64,000 bases of DNA, taken from Candidatus Falkowbacteria bacterium RIFOXYA2_FULL_47_19. GTDB taxonomy: Bacteria > Patescibacteriota > Patescibacteriia > Patescibacteriales > UBA12075. Below the pieces are notes generated by a model. It worked only from the letters and a program-made list of their open reading frames with translations. It did no database searches and had not been told where the DNA came from. Numbering within the stretch: the first letter of the stretch is position 1; the number at the start of each line of letters is the position of its first letter. The stretch spans positions 10,693 through 74,692 of the forward strand of contig MFGB01000013.1 of NCBI GenBank assembly GCA_001780275.1. Direction: 5' to 3'. Below, in pieces: positions 1 to 9,910 of the stretch. Position numbers and translations under genes: made by a program.

Positions 1-2
1 AT

Positions 3-215
3 CTGATCAGGAAAAACGGGAAGATCGTTGGGATTCTGATTACCGGCCGGGATATAACCCGGGAGAAAAAGGTGGAAGAAAATCTTATCGACCGGAATCG
101 GGAGCTGGAAAGATTCAACGAATTGACCATCGGCCGGGAGACTAAAATGATCGAACTTAAAAACCGGATCAAAGAGCTTGAAGGTCAGGTGGCGGGATTT
201 AAAGATAACCGCTAG
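3..215 (+). CDS. C-terminal fragment of a PAS-type signalling protein (5' end outside window)
   Basis: Open frame from the window edge to TAG at 213-215. The translation ...GILITGRDITREKKVEENLIDRNRELERFNELTIGRETKMIELKNRIKELE looks like the end of a PAS/S-box domain plus a coiled coil. Confidence 0.5.
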   Translation: MIRKNGKIVGILITGRDITREKKVEENLIDRNRELERFNELTIGRETKMIELKNRIKELEGQVAGFKDNR

Positions 216-305
216 CATGACGAAACGGTCAGTGATTTTTAGAAGTGAGCCGGATAAAACCGATGTATTTTATCGCACAATTGCCTAGAAAAATCTACAA
301 TCAAT

Positions 306-3134
306 ATGGAATTAAGTGTTTATTTTGTCGTTACCGTCCTCGTTATTATCGTTAATCTGTTTCCTCTTAGATTTTTAGCCGATCGGATCAAGGGACAGGG
401 GTTGTTGCGATATCTGTTCGCCGCCATTGTATTCGTGATCTTGTGGCAGGCGGGAGAGCTGATCAGGACTGGTTTTTACGTGATCGAACCGTATCTGAAA
501 TGGCTTTGGGTATTTGAGACATCCGCCGCTATTTTTGCGTTAGCCGGCTGTTATTGTTTTCTGTTTTTAAGTTTTATCGATCCCGGGAACCGGCGCCGTT
601 GTTGGTTAATTTTTGCGATATCGATAATGGCCGCCGTTCTTTTATTAATACCCGGCACCTATCAGGGGGATTATATGGGCTCACAGTACATGAATTATAT
701 GCCCGGTCCGGCTTTTTTAATGATAAATCTTTGGGAATTGGGCCTGTTTGCCGGCATAATCATGATATTGGCCGCGGCTCGCCGGAATAAGCCCTCAGAA
801 GCCGTAAAACAGCAGCGAAAGATTATTTCTTTCGGTGCTTTAGCGGCGACCATTTTAGCCTCTACGACCGAAATAATTTTTCCCCGCCTGGGTATTTTTA
901 TTTTTCCGGCCGGCGGCATCGGAGCGACGATATTCCTCGGGTCGATCCTATATAGCATGTATCATCTGCATTTTTTAGATATCCATTTCCGGCCGTTTTC
1001 TATACGGAATAAATTCATAATTTCTTTCGTGGCGGTCGCGGTCATCTCGGTCCTTTTTACGGTATTTTTCATAAACAAAATTGACCAGTTCGAACCTTCC
1101 GGCTCGCGGCTGGAACCTTTTCTTCTGGCCGGACTGATGCTTTTTCTGGTGGTTCTCATGGCCGTCATAATGGCCAATACCTTCATAAAGCCTGTCCGCA
1201 GTCTGGCTAAAGCGGCCGAGGCCTGGAGCCGCGGGGATTACGGTTATCGGGTCGATATTTCCCCCGGAGATGAATTGGGCGCTTTGGGCAAAGCGGTAAA
1301 TAACGCCGGACGCGAATTATTGGCCGCCCGGGAAAAGGAAAAAAAATATTACCTGGAACTTGAGAAAGAGGTGGCCGCCAAAACGGAAGAGCTGTCGGCG
1401 ACTTTGGCCAGCATGAAAAGGGACCAGGCTTATTTAAAGGAGCAGCGATCGGCAACCTTGAATATTCTCGACGACGTATCCGAGTCGCAGCTTAAGCTAA
1501 AAGAAGCCAATGATGCCCTTGAAAAAAGAAGCCAGGAGCTGATCGCGTTAAAAGCCCTAAGCGATGAGCTTGCCGGCGTTCTTGATATCGAAAAGGCGGT
1601 AAGTTTCATAAATAATTATTTAAGCAATACCCTTGAATACAGCGCCGCCGTCTATCTTATCGCCGACCCGGTAAAAGAGGGTGAGTTCGTATATAAGATA
1701 TTTTTGCAGGAAGAGATCGGCGACAGCTATCTGGCGGGAATCAGCGAGGACATTATCGGATTCCTGCAAAAGAGCGACAATAAAGAACTGAAAAAAGCGG
1801 TTAAGATCATACGGAATATCCAGCCCGCCATAATAGGCGAAAAACTCGATAATAATTCGGCCGTCAAAACCGAATCGACCGTCGTGCTGCCGCTTAGGGT
1901 CGGCGACGATCTTATGGGGATCATCCACCTATCCTCCGGCAAGACCGGTTTATCCGGGAAAAAGATCAGTAGTCTGGCCGACGCGATGCTGGCCACGTTC
2001 TCCCTTTCTTTGGCGAGGATCGGCGCCCTTATGCGCTCCCAGCATTCCCGGACGGTATCGCTCATCGAGAACTTAAGCGACGGCGTTATCATGTTCGACG
2101 CCGAAAAAGAAATTACCCTGGTAAACGCCGCCGCCACGAAGTTTACCGGCCTTTCCCGGAGCGGTTTCGCTTTATCCTCTTTTTATAAGCTGATCAGCGG
2201 TTTCGATATGAACGCCACGATCAACGAGGCTTTGGAGGGGGGGGAAGGGCTTTTTAAGAAGGAGGCTCAGCTGAGCGAGAGGTATGTTTTTGAGATATCC
2301 GCCATCCCGGTAAAAGACAATCAGGGAAAAGTTTTCGGAGGAGCCGTAATCCTTCACGACATAACCCACCTTAAAGAGGTCGATCGGATGAAAACGGAAT
2401 TTGTTTCGGTCGCATCGCACCAATTAAGGACGCCCTTGACCGCTATTAAGCTTTTTACGGAAATGTTGTTAAACGAGCAAGTGGGCAAACTAAAGAAAGA
2501 GCAGCGTGAATATCTCGATAATATCTATGAATCCACCGAAAGGATGGTAAGGCTGGTAAACGACCTCTTAAGCCTCTCGAGGCTCGAGTCGGGCAGTTTA
2601 AGGGTTGAACCGAAATCCACGGATCTGCACGATTTTACCACAAACATAATAAAAGAGATAGAGCCGTTAGCCCAGGTAAAGGGTGTCGGCATAATTTTCG
2701 ACGGCGCGAGCAAGAATCTCCCCCCTCTGGCGGTTGACGTGAATTTAATACGCCAGGTAATACATAATCTGATCACTAACGCCGTACGCTATTCCAAGAG
2801 CGGCGGCCGGGTCGACGTGGATATTAAAAAAGATAACGGTGAATACCTTTTGACGATCAAAGACAGCGGCATCGGCATCCCCAAAGAGGCGCAGGGCAGG
2901 ATTTTCGAAAAATTCTTCCGTGCCGATAACGCCGTTAAAAACGAAACCGAGGGGACGGGATTAGGGCTTTATGTCTCTAAAATGATAGTGGAAAATTCCG
3001 GAGGGCGTATTTGGTTTAAATCGGCACAGGGCGAGGGCACCGTTTTTTACGTGGCCTTGCCCACGAAGGGGATGGTGGAAAAGCAGGGGAGCAAGACCCT
3101 GCCCGGAGCCATCAGCGAGGTTAGTTATTCATAA
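306..3134 (+). CDS. Multi-pass membrane sensor histidine kinase (TM region-HAMP-coiled coil-GAF-like-PAS-HisKA-HATPase_c)
   Basis: 942-aa ORF with a hydrophobic N-terminal ~290 aa and a HAMP-like segment (IKPVRSLAKAAEAW...). It has an H-box SVASHQLRTPLTAI, an N-box HNLITNAVRYS and G-boxes DSGIGIP / GTGLGLYVSKMIV. Confidence 0.9.
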   Translation: MELSVYFVVTVLVIIVNLFPLRFLADRIKGQGLLRYLFAAIVFVILWQAGELIRTGFYVIEPYLKWLWVFETSAAIFALAGCYCFLFLSFIDPGNRRRCWLIFAISIMAAVLLLIPGTYQGDYMGSQYMNYMPGPAFLMINLWELGLFAGIIMILAAARRNKPSEAVKQQRKIISFGALAATILASTTEIIFPRLGIFIFPAGGIGATIFLGSILYSMYHLHFLDIHFRPFSIRNKFIISFVAVAVISVLFTVFFINKIDQFEPSGSRLEPFLLAGLMLFLVVLMAVIMANTFIKPVRSLAKAAEAWSRGDYGYRVDISPGDELGALGKAVNNAGRELLAAREKEKKYYLELEKEVAAKTEELSATLASMKRDQAYLKEQRSATLNILDDVSESQLKLKEANDALEKRSQELIALKALSDELAGVLDIEKAVSFINNYLSNTLEYSAAVYLIADPVKEGEFVYKIFLQEEIGDSYLAGISEDIIGFLQKSDNKELKKAVKIIRNIQPAIIGEKLDNNSAVKTESTVVLPLRVGDDLMGIIHLSSGKTGLSGKKISSLADAMLATFSLSLARIGALMRSQHSRTVSLIENLSDGVIMFDAEKEITLVNAAATKFTGLSRSGFALSSFYKLISGFDMNATINEALEGGEGLFKKEAQLSERYVFEISAIPVKDNQGKVFGGAVILHDITHLKEVDRMKTEFVSVASHQLRTPLTAIKLFTEMLLNEQVGKLKKEQREYLDNIYESTERMVRLVNDLLSLSRLESGSLRVEPKSTDLHDFTTNIIKEIEPLAQVKGVGIIFDGASKNLPPLAVDVNLIRQVIHNLITNAVRYSKSGGRVDVDIKKDNGEYLLTIKDSGIGIPKEAQGRIFEKFFRADNAVKNETEGTGLGLYVSKMIVENSGGRIWFKSAQGEGTVFYVALPTKGMVEKQGSKTLPGAISEVSYS

Positions 3135-3225
3135 AACAATATCAAGCCCAAGGCGTTAAGCGTCGAAGGGATCGATCGATCCGCGTTTTATTTAATATAA
3201 AATACTTTATACTTAATACAAAAAA

Positions 3226-3615
3226 ATGTCAGACGCAACCGAACAAAAAAAAATCAAGATCATTTTAGCGGAAGACGATAAATTCATTTCCCGCGCTTAT
3301 AAAGACGGATTGGAGCGCGCCGGTTTTATCGTTATTCCGGTCATGGACGGGGTTACGGCCCTGGAAAAAATAAAACAGGAAAAGCCGGACATGGTGTTGT
3401 TGGACCTGATCATGCCGGTAAAGAACGGCTTTGAGGTGTTAAAGGATATCAAGGCCGATGACGCCATAAAGAATATTCCGATCATTATTCTTTCGAATCT
3501 GGGACAGGACTCGGATATCGAAAAGGGGCGGGAATTGGGAGCCGTTGATTATCTGATAAAATCGAATTTTTCCATGAATGAGGTCATAGAAAAAATTAAA
3601 ACATATTTTAAATAG
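3226..3615 (+). CDS. Stand-alone response-regulator receiver (CheY-like, no output domain)
   Basis: 129 aa with ILAEDDKFISRAY..., phospho-acceptor context MVLLDLIMPVKNG and a conserved K in DYLIKS. Confidence 0.9.
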   Translation: MSDATEQKKIKIILAEDDKFISRAYKDGLERAGFIVIPVMDGVTALEKIKQEKPDMVLLDLIMPVKNGFEVLKDIKADDAIKNIPIIILSNLGQDSDIEKGRELGAVDYLIKSNFSMNEVIEKIKTYFK

Positions 3616-3622
3616 AAAAAAT

Positions 3623-4051
3623 ATGCCCAATAAGAAATATCGCGTTTTATTGGCCGAAGACGATAAGTTCATCTCGATGGCTTTGAGCGAAAGCCTTTCC
3701 CGGGCGGGATTCGAAGTGGTCGCGGCTTACGACGGAGAAGAGGCTTTAAGTAAAATCAAGATCGTAAAACCGGATATTATCCTCCTCGACCTGATCATGC
3801 CGAAGAAGGACGGTTTCGATGTTTTAGAAGAACTTAACCGCGAAGAGACCAGGGAGGCCATGAACGGACAGAATAACGAAAGCATACCGATCATAGTTTT
3901 TACCAACCTGGACCAGGATCAGGATATGAAAAAAGCCATTGATCTGGGAGCTCGGGAATATCTGATCAAGGCGAATATTTCCATGGAGGAAGTCATAAAG
4001 AAGATAAGGAAATATCTGGGCATTGCCGATGAAGGCGAGATGAAAAAATAG
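3623..4051 (+). CDS. Stand-alone response-regulator receiver (CheY-like)
   Basis: 142 aa with LLAEDDKFISMAL, IILLDLIMPKKDG and EYLIKA. It is a paralog of the 3226 and 8242 proteins. Confidence 0.9.
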   Translation: MPNKKYRVLLAEDDKFISMALSESLSRAGFEVVAAYDGEEALSKIKIVKPDIILLDLIMPKKDGFDVLEELNREETREAMNGQNNESIPIIVFTNLDQDQDMKKAIDLGAREYLIKANISMEEVIKKIRKYLGIADEGEMKK

Positions 4052-4183
4052 GTTTTGGATTATTATGATCCGTTAATTTACGAATTTTCTTTACCTGCCT
4101 GCCGGCAGAAACCCGCAAATCCCGGCGAAAACGCGTTCGTTTTGCGTATAATCAGTATATTCGCGGGCAGTAAGCGCATTTTC

Positions 4184-5860
4184 ATGAATATTGATAAAAA
4201 TAAATTAGAGGAGCTTTTAGTGTCACCCGGCCATATCCTTAAGGAAGATTTTGATATTGCGGCCAAGGAGGCGGCGTCTAAAAAGATCGCATTAAGCGAA
4301 TGGCTGACGGAAAAGAATCTTATAAAAGACGAGCAATTGGGGCAGCTTATCGCGAATGCTTTTAATTATGCTTTCATAAATTTAAGGAACGAAAAGATCG
4401 ATGAAAATATCCTTAACGTAATACCCGAGCCGGTAGCGCGGGCGCGGAGAGCGATCGTGTTCGCGGCGGATCAGGAAAGCATAAAGGTCGGCATGTCCGA
4501 CCCTGAAGACCTGGAAATGAAGCATCTCCTGGAAAAACGTTTCGGTAAACAGGCCAAAGTCTATTATGTTACCCCGGGCGACCTTAAAGAAGCATTATCC
4601 GCTTATCGGATAAGCTTAGAGGAAGAATTTTCCGGCCTTCTTAAAAAAGGCGAAGAGCAGGACGGGAGCCGGGTAAACGTCGCCATAGTTGACCTTCTTC
4701 TTGAGAACGGTTTCTTAAGTAAAGCTTCGGACATCCACATAGAGCCTTACCGGGATAAATTAGTGGTGCGTTTCCGGATAGACGGGATATTACACGATGT
4801 CCTGGAAATGCCGAAAGTTTTAAGTGAACCGGTTTTGTCGCGCATAAAAATAATGGCTAAAATGCGGATCGACGAGCACCGATCGGCCCAGGACGGTAAG
4901 TTCCGGTTTAAAACCCGCGAAAAGACAATCGACGTCAGGGTGTCCATAGTGCCGGTAACCCAGGGGGAAAATATCGTTATGCGCCTCCTGGTGGCCGAGA
5001 ACAGGGATATCGATCTTAATGATCTCGGCCTCTCGGCCAATGATCTTCGGAAAATAGAACGCGCGGTCAAAAATCCCCACGGCATGCTTCTGGTTACCGG
5101 CCCGACCGGCTGCGGCAAGACCACGACCGTTTACGCGATGCTTAAGATCCTTAACACTAAAGAAGTCAATATCTCGACCATCGAAGATCCCGTGGAATAC
5201 GATATCGCCGGCGTCAGCCAGATCCAGGTCAACCCCAAGACCAATCTGACGTTCGCCGAGGGTCTTCGGGCCATTGTCCGCCAGGATCCGGATATCATCA
5301 TGGTCGGAGAAGTGAGGGATTCCGAGACCGCAGAAATTGCCGTCAATTCGGCCATGACCGGCCACCTCGTGTTATCGACTCTCCACGCCAATGACGCGAT
5401 CTCGGCCTTGCCCCGCCTGATAGATATGGGGATCGAACCGTTCCTGGTGGCCGCCACCGTAAAAGTTATCATCGCCCAGCGCCTTGTCCGGAAGATCTGC
5501 GCGAAATGCCGCGTTTCTTACGAACTCTCCGCGGAGGAGAAAGATACTATCCGGAGTGAATCCGCGCTTCTGGAAATATTAAAGAACAGCGGGAATGGCG
5601 ATCTTGACAAGTTAAGATTATACAGGGGCAAGGGCTGCAAGGTTTGCGGCGAAACGGGATATAGCGGGCGTATCGGCGTGTACGAGGTTTTGGAAACAAA
5701 TGAAGGGATCAGGAAGCTCATATTGGCCAAAGAATCGAATGACGCGATAAAAAAGGAGGCCATAGCGAGCGGCATGTCCACTATGCTCTCCGATGGAGCG
5801 GGCAAGGCTTTAAACGGCATTACGACCATGACGGAGGTTTTGAGGGTGGCGAAAGAATGA
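4184..5860 (+). CDS. pilB: Type IV pilus assembly ATPase PilB/GspE family
   Basis: Walker A GPTGCGKTT, the GspE signature MVGEVRD, a C-terminal Zn tetracysteine (CAKC...CKVCGETGY) and an N-terminal GSPII_E-like domain. Start is taken at ATG 4184 (MNIDKNK...). The track ORF extends to a TTG at 4055 through poorly coding-looking sequence that contains a TATAAT at ~4146. Confidence 0.9.
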   Translation: MNIDKNKLEELLVSPGHILKEDFDIAAKEAASKKIALSEWLTEKNLIKDEQLGQLIANAFNYAFINLRNEKIDENILNVIPEPVARARRAIVFAADQESIKVGMSDPEDLEMKHLLEKRFGKQAKVYYVTPGDLKEALSAYRISLEEEFSGLLKKGEEQDGSRVNVAIVDLLLENGFLSKASDIHIEPYRDKLVVRFRIDGILHDVLEMPKVLSEPVLSRIKIMAKMRIDEHRSAQDGKFRFKTREKTIDVRVSIVPVTQGENIVMRLLVAENRDIDLNDLGLSANDLRKIERAVKNPHGMLLVTGPTGCGKTTTVYAMLKILNTKEVNISTIEDPVEYDIAGVSQIQVNPKTNLTFAEGLRAIVRQDPDIIMVGEVRDSETAEIAVNSAMTGHLVLSTLHANDAISALPRLIDMGIEPFLVAATVKVIIAQRLVRKICAKCRVSYELSAEEKDTIRSESALLEILKNSGNGDLDKLRLYRGKGCKVCGETGYSGRIGVYEVLETNEGIRKLILAKESNDAIKKEAIASGMSTMLSDGAGKALNGITTMTEVLRVAKE

Positions 5861-5868
5861 TTTATAAT

Positions 5869-5966
5869 ATTACAAATACACAAATCAGAACACAAATTCA
5901 CAAATACTCTATCTCGCGCTGATCGTGTATTTGTGTTATTTGTGATTAAATTTGTGAATTTGTAAT
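5869..5966. repeat. Low-complexity hairpin element, 'CACAAAT' family, copy 1
   Basis: Left arm attacaaatacacaaatcagaacacaaattcacaaatac is imperfectly complementary to right arm gtatttgtgttatttgtgattaaatttgtgaatttgtaat. It fills the pilB-pilC gap. Confidence 0.85.
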
Positions 5967-5972
5967 AAAAAT

Positions 5973-7007
5973 ATGAATTTAAAAGACAAAGCGATTTTTT
6001 TCCGGAATTTGGCGATCATGCTAAAATCCGGTTTAACCATCACTGAGGCGCTCGATATTCTTACCGATGAGGCCAGCGGCCGGCTTAAAAAAACGCTTAA
6101 CACGATATTGGCTTCGGTCGCGTCCGGCAATTCTTTAGCCTCGTCCTACGAGCGTTTTCCCCGGCTGTTTTCGCCCTTTTTGACCAACGTCGTGCGCGCC
6201 GGCGAATCATCGGGAAATTTAGAGAATAACCTGGAAAATATCGCCGAACGGCTAACGCGCGAGCAGGAGCTATCGGCCAAGATCAGGGGGGCGATGCTTT
6301 ATCCCGTGATCGTTCTGACCTTAAGTTTTGTATTGGGCTTGGGTCTAGCTTTTTTTATTCTGCCCAAGATCACGCCGATCTTCAAGGGTCTTAAGGTGGA
6401 CCTGCCCGCTTCGACGCGGTTCCTTATCTGGTTTTCCGGCATCGTGGAAAAACACGGCTTCGTGCTTTTGGCGGCCATGGCGGCCGTGATCGTATTTTCG
6501 GTATGGCTCTGCAGCCGCAAATTCTTCAAACCGATACTGCATTTTTTCTTTCTCCATATTCCGGTGGTGGACAGGATCAGCCGCCACAAGAATATGTCCC
6601 AGTTCAGCCATACGCTAGGCACGCTCCTAAAGAGCGGTCTTCCGGTAACGGAGGCTTTGGCCATTACCGGGGATACGATGGAGAATTATTATTATAAGAA
6701 GAGCGTTGCGGGGATACGCCGGGAGATAAGCCGGGGAACATCGATATCCGAAAGTCTGGCGAAATTCCCCGAATATTATCCGAAAATGGCGATAAGCATG
6801 ATCCGGGTGGGGGAGAAATCGGGCCGGTTGGAAGACGAGCTTTTTAACCTGGCCAAAATATACGGCGAAGAGGTGGAAAACGCCGGCAAGAACCTGGCGA
6901 ACGCCGTGGAGCCGGTTTTACTTATAATTATCGGCGCTGTCGTAGGAGGATTGGCCCTATCCATAATTACGCCGATCTATAAGATTACCGGGAATGTTTA
7001 CCGGTAA
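5973..7007 (+). CDS. pilC: Type IV pilus platform protein PilC/GspF family
   Basis: 344 aa with two GspF-type repeats (LAIMLKSGLTITEAL / LGTLLKSGLPVTEAL), three TM segments and the typical C-terminal tail ...LSIITPIYKITGNV. Confidence 0.9.
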   Translation: MNLKDKAIFFRNLAIMLKSGLTITEALDILTDEASGRLKKTLNTILASVASGNSLASSYERFPRLFSPFLTNVVRAGESSGNLENNLENIAERLTREQELSAKIRGAMLYPVIVLTLSFVLGLGLAFFILPKITPIFKGLKVDLPASTRFLIWFSGIVEKHGFVLLAAMAAVIVFSVWLCSRKFFKPILHFFFLHIPVVDRISRHKNMSQFSHTLGTLLKSGLPVTEALAITGDTMENYYYKKSVAGIRREISRGTSISESLAKFPEYYPKMAISMIRVGEKSGRLEDELFNLAKIYGEEVENAGKNLANAVEPVLLIIIGAVVGGLALSIITPIYKITGNVYR

Positions 7008-7008
7008 T

Positions 7009-7111
7009 ATTACATATACACAAATCAGAACACGAATTCACAAATACAAGATATACTTTAATATTAGCCGAATATTTGTGTTATTTGTGATTAAATTTGT
7101 GAATTTGTAAT
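7009..7111. repeat. Low-complexity hairpin element, 'CACAAAT' family, copy 2
   Basis: The arms are near-identical to 5869-5966 (the right arm tatttgtgttatttgtgattaaatttgtgaatttgtaat is identical). The loop differs. It fills the gap from pilC to the next gene. Confidence 0.85.
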
Positions 7112-7120
7112 CATAATGAA

Positions 7121-7570
7121 ATGAAGGGCTTTACTCTAATTGAATTATTCATAGTGATAGGCATTTTCGTCGTCCTGGCATCCGTGGCCATGCCTGTTTA
7201 TGGCGGCTGGCTTTCGGCCGCCCAGCTGGATGCGGCGATAGCGGAGACCAGGTCCGGTTTGCGGCAGGCGCGGACGCTTGGCATAGCCGGAAAAAACGAC
7301 TCCGCGCATGGAATTTATTTTTCGATCGATCCCGCCGGAGCCGATGCTTTCGTCCTTTACCAGGGAAGCACTTACGCCGCCCGGGAAACGGGGTATGATC
7401 TCGAAACGGCGTTACCCGGCTCCCTGGAGATCGGTTTTGACGGCGGCGCCGAGATTAATTTTTCTAAAGGCTCCGGAGAGCCGGACGCGGCCGGCACGAT
7501 CACGATCACGCACGGCGGAAGCGGGGAAACGGCCCAGATCGTGGTCAACGGTTTAGGAATAATAGAATAA
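7121..7570 (+). CDS. Prepilin-type minor pilin (GspH/FimT-like)
   Basis: Class III signal MKG|FTLIELFIVIGIFVVLASVA with Glu at +5. 149 aa. Confidence 0.8.
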   Translation: MKGFTLIELFIVIGIFVVLASVAMPVYGGWLSAAQLDAAIAETRSGLRQARTLGIAGKNDSAHGIYFSIDPAGADAFVLYQGSTYAARETGYDLETALPGSLEIGFDGGAEINFSKGSGEPDAAGTITITHGGSGETAQIVVNGLGIIE

Positions 7571-7675
7571 GATACAAGGATCCAAGATACAATAACCAAA
7601 CAAATTTCAAATTACATATTTAAAGCGCTAATCTGGTTTGAACATTGATATTTGTAACTTGTATCTTGTTTCCTG
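7571..7675. repeat. Low-complexity hairpin element, 'GATACAAG' family, copy 1
   Basis: gatacaaggatccaagatacaataaccaaacaaatttcaaatt... pairs with ...atatttgtaacttgtatcttgtttcc. The left arm is ~80% identical to 34121-34165. Confidence 0.75.
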
Positions 7676-7690
7676 GAAATTGCATACGGA

Positions 7691-8182
7691 ATGAATAAAA
7701 TACCAGAAAAAAATTCAGCGCAAGATGGCCAATCGGTAATGGAGATAGTGATCGCTTTGGCTATTTTCGTGATGTTTTCGGCCAGTACCGCGGCCTTGAT
7801 CCTGGGAGGATTTTCCCTGCTCGAGCGCGGAGAGGAGTTTACGATCGCGGCGGCCTTGGCCCGGGAGGGAGTCGAAGCGACCCGGTCTGTTCGTGATCGG
7901 GATTGGGAGGAATTCGCCTATAGCCGCAGCGCCGTGGCAGTTTCCGGCGGACAATGGGCGCTTTCCGGCGAGGGAACGACGGAGACGATCGGAGATTTTG
8001 TCCGCGTGATCGATTTTTATCCGGTTTATCGGGACGGGAGCGGAAATATCGCGGCCGCGGACGATCCGGGAGCGTCTTTGGACGCTTCCAGCGTTAAAGT
8101 TACCGTCGGTATCTTCTGGGAAACCGGACAGGGGATAAACGAGTCCGTGGAGAGAACCACCTATCTGACGGATTGGCGTTAA
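7691..8182 (+). CDS. Pilin-like protein with an atypical prepilin signal
   Basis: N-terminus ...AQDG|QSVMEIVIALAIFVMF has Gly then Glu at +5 and a hydrophobic helix. 163 aa. The function is otherwise unknown. Confidence 0.6.
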   Translation: MNKIPEKNSAQDGQSVMEIVIALAIFVMFSASTAALILGGFSLLERGEEFTIAAALAREGVEATRSVRDRDWEEFAYSRSAVAVSGGQWALSGEGTTETIGDFVRVIDFYPVYRDGSGNIAAADDPGASLDASSVKVTVGIFWETGQGINESVERTTYLTDWR

Positions 8183-8241
8183 GATCCGGGGAAGATCGCG
8201 CAATTCATCAATTTATAATTCATAATTTATAGAAAAATCAT

Positions 8242-8640
8242 ATGCCAGAAAAAAACGCGACTAAGGATAAGGGCAAAAAACAAACCATCCTTCTGGTTGA
8301 AGACGATCAATTTATTTCCCGGGCTTATCGGGACGGGCTATCCAAGGCCGGTTTCGAGATCATACCGGCCTTTAACGGGAATGAAGCGGAAAAAAAATTA
8401 AAAACCCTGCGGCCGGCGATCATCCTTCTCGATATTATCATGCCCGATAAGGATGGTTTCGAATTTTTGACCGAGATCAAGGCTGATCCGAAGATAAAGG
8501 ATATTCCGGTTTTGATGCTGTCGAATTTAAGCCACGAGAAGATATTCGCCAAAGCGACCAAGCTGGGCGCTTGCGGCTATCTTGTTAAATCCGACCAGGG
8601 AATAGAAGGCGTTGTATCGGAAATCAGGAAATATATATAA
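8242..8640 (+). CDS. Stand-alone response-regulator receiver embedded among the pilin genes
   Basis: 132 aa with LLVEDDQFISRAYRDGL, IILLDIIMPDKDG and GYLVKS. Confidence 0.9.
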   Translation: MPEKNATKDKGKKQTILLVEDDQFISRAYRDGLSKAGFEIIPAFNGNEAEKKLKTLRPAIILLDIIMPDKDGFEFLTEIKADPKIKDIPVLMLSNLSHEKIFAKATKLGACGYLVKSDQGIEGVVSEIRKYI

Positions 8641-8708
8641 GTCGATTTTTCTGGTGTTTGTATATTACTGCAGGTATTTTAGCGTTTACGGAAAAATTGC
8701 GGTAATGA

Positions 8709-8851
8709 TTGGATATTAGATATTGGATATTGTGATACAGTTTTAGATATGTATTCTATCCGAAAAGATAATATTTAATATTCATCAGATTTTAATATCA
8801 TTTAAACATCTTGTCCCCGTAGCGTAATACCCAATATCCAATTTCTAATAT
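8709..8851. repeat. Low-complexity hairpin element, 'GGATATT' family, copy 1
   Basis: The left arm ttggatattagatattggatattgtgatacag is identical to 38923-38954. The right arm is ...aatacccaatatccaatttctaatat. Confidence 0.8.
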
Positions 8852-8869
8852 AAAAAATTTAAGTTTTAT

Positions 8870-9388
8870 ATGCCGCACACAGGAAGAGACGTAGACGTTA
8901 AAAAAAGTAATTTCGGTTTTACGTTGATTGAAACCGCAATTTATGCCGCTTTGGCCGGCATCGCGCTAACCGGCTTCGTGACTTTCGCGCTGGTCGTCGC
9001 CGGCCTTAAGTCGAAAAGCTACGCCATTGGAGAGATCAATGCCGGCGCCCGCCAGGTTCTCGATCTTATGGCGCGCCGGATAAACGCGGCCGATAGCATC
9101 GAAAGTCCCATAGCCGGCGCCTCCGGCGGCACCCTGGTATTAAGAATGGCCGATGGCGCTTCTTTATCCGTGTATGTTTCCGGAGAAAGGCTGGTCTTCG
9201 ACCTTTTCGGCGAGACCACCAATATTACCGCGGACGGAATATCCGTAAGCGATCTTAATTTTACCAATCTGGGGAGCGGGCAAGGCGGCAGCGTTAAAAT
9301 AAATTTTAACCTGGCCAATGAGAACGCGGATAGCCGGGAATTCGGTTATAGCCGCGGTTACGAAACAACGGTCAGTTTGAGAAAGTGA
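8870..9388 (+). CDS. Prepilin-type minor pilin
   Basis: ...KKSNFG|FTLIETAIYAALAGIALTGF is a class III signal with Glu+5. 172 aa. Confidence 0.75.
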   Translation: MPHTGRDVDVKKSNFGFTLIETAIYAALAGIALTGFVTFALVVAGLKSKSYAIGEINAGARQVLDLMARRINAADSIESPIAGASGGTLVLRMADGASLSVYVSGERLVFDLFGETTNITADGISVSDLNFTNLGSGQGGSVKINFNLANENADSREFGYSRGYETTVSLRK

Positions 9389-9426
9389 TTCTATTATCTA
9401 ATATTAAGTTTTATACCCGATCATTT

Positions 9427-9831
9427 ATGCAACAAACAAACGGAACTGACGTTAAGAACAATAAGTCCGGCTTCGCCACCTTGGTCGCCGTGATCATAAT
9501 CGGCGCGGTATCGTTGGTTATGGCCAAGAACGCGACAATTTTGGATTTAGGGGAGATCAATGCGGCCTTTGCCTATGACCGGGGCGAAGAGGCGCTAGCG
9601 ATAGCCGAGGGATGCGTCGAGGAGACCATCCGGCGTTTTACGCTTGATCCGGATTATAGCGCGAATGGTTTTAATTTATCCTTAGGCTCCGGCAATTGCG
9701 TGATAGATACGGTAGCGAACGGGATCGTTCGCGAGATAACGGTGGTCGGCCGTACGGATAATTTTTATCGGACAGTTAACGCGGCCATAAGTCTGACCGA
9801 TGAAGGGATGGTTTTAGAGAGCTGGGATTAG
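9427..9831 (+). CDS. PilX-like pilus-associated protein (pilin-like N-terminal helix without Glu+5)
   Basis: MQQTNGTDVKNNKSG|FATLVAVIIIGAVSLVMA. The track ORF starts at GTG 9385, overlapping the upstream stop, so the start is uncertain. Confidence 0.5.
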   Translation: MQQTNGTDVKNNKSGFATLVAVIIIGAVSLVMAKNATILDLGEINAAFAYDRGEEALAIAEGCVEETIRRFTLDPDYSANGFNLSLGSGNCVIDTVANGIVREITVVGRTDNFYRTVNAAISLTDEGMVLESWD

Positions 9832-9910
9832 TTTTTTAGCTGTTAGTTTATAGCTTATAGGTTGTTAGCAAGATCCCTGGATGCCATAAAAACCTAAAAG
9901 CTTTCAAGGT

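Noticed and set aside
4055-4183. N-terminal extensions offered by the ORF track for pilB (4055), POR alpha-beta (51479), glyQS (56055), the 55117 ORF, the receiver at 61857 and the giant gene (16279).
   Set aside because: The extensions use non-ATG or unsupported starts and overlap a promoter, a T-box leader or the upstream gene. They also add non-homologous residues. Internal ATGs with an SD or a canonical protein N-terminus fit better.
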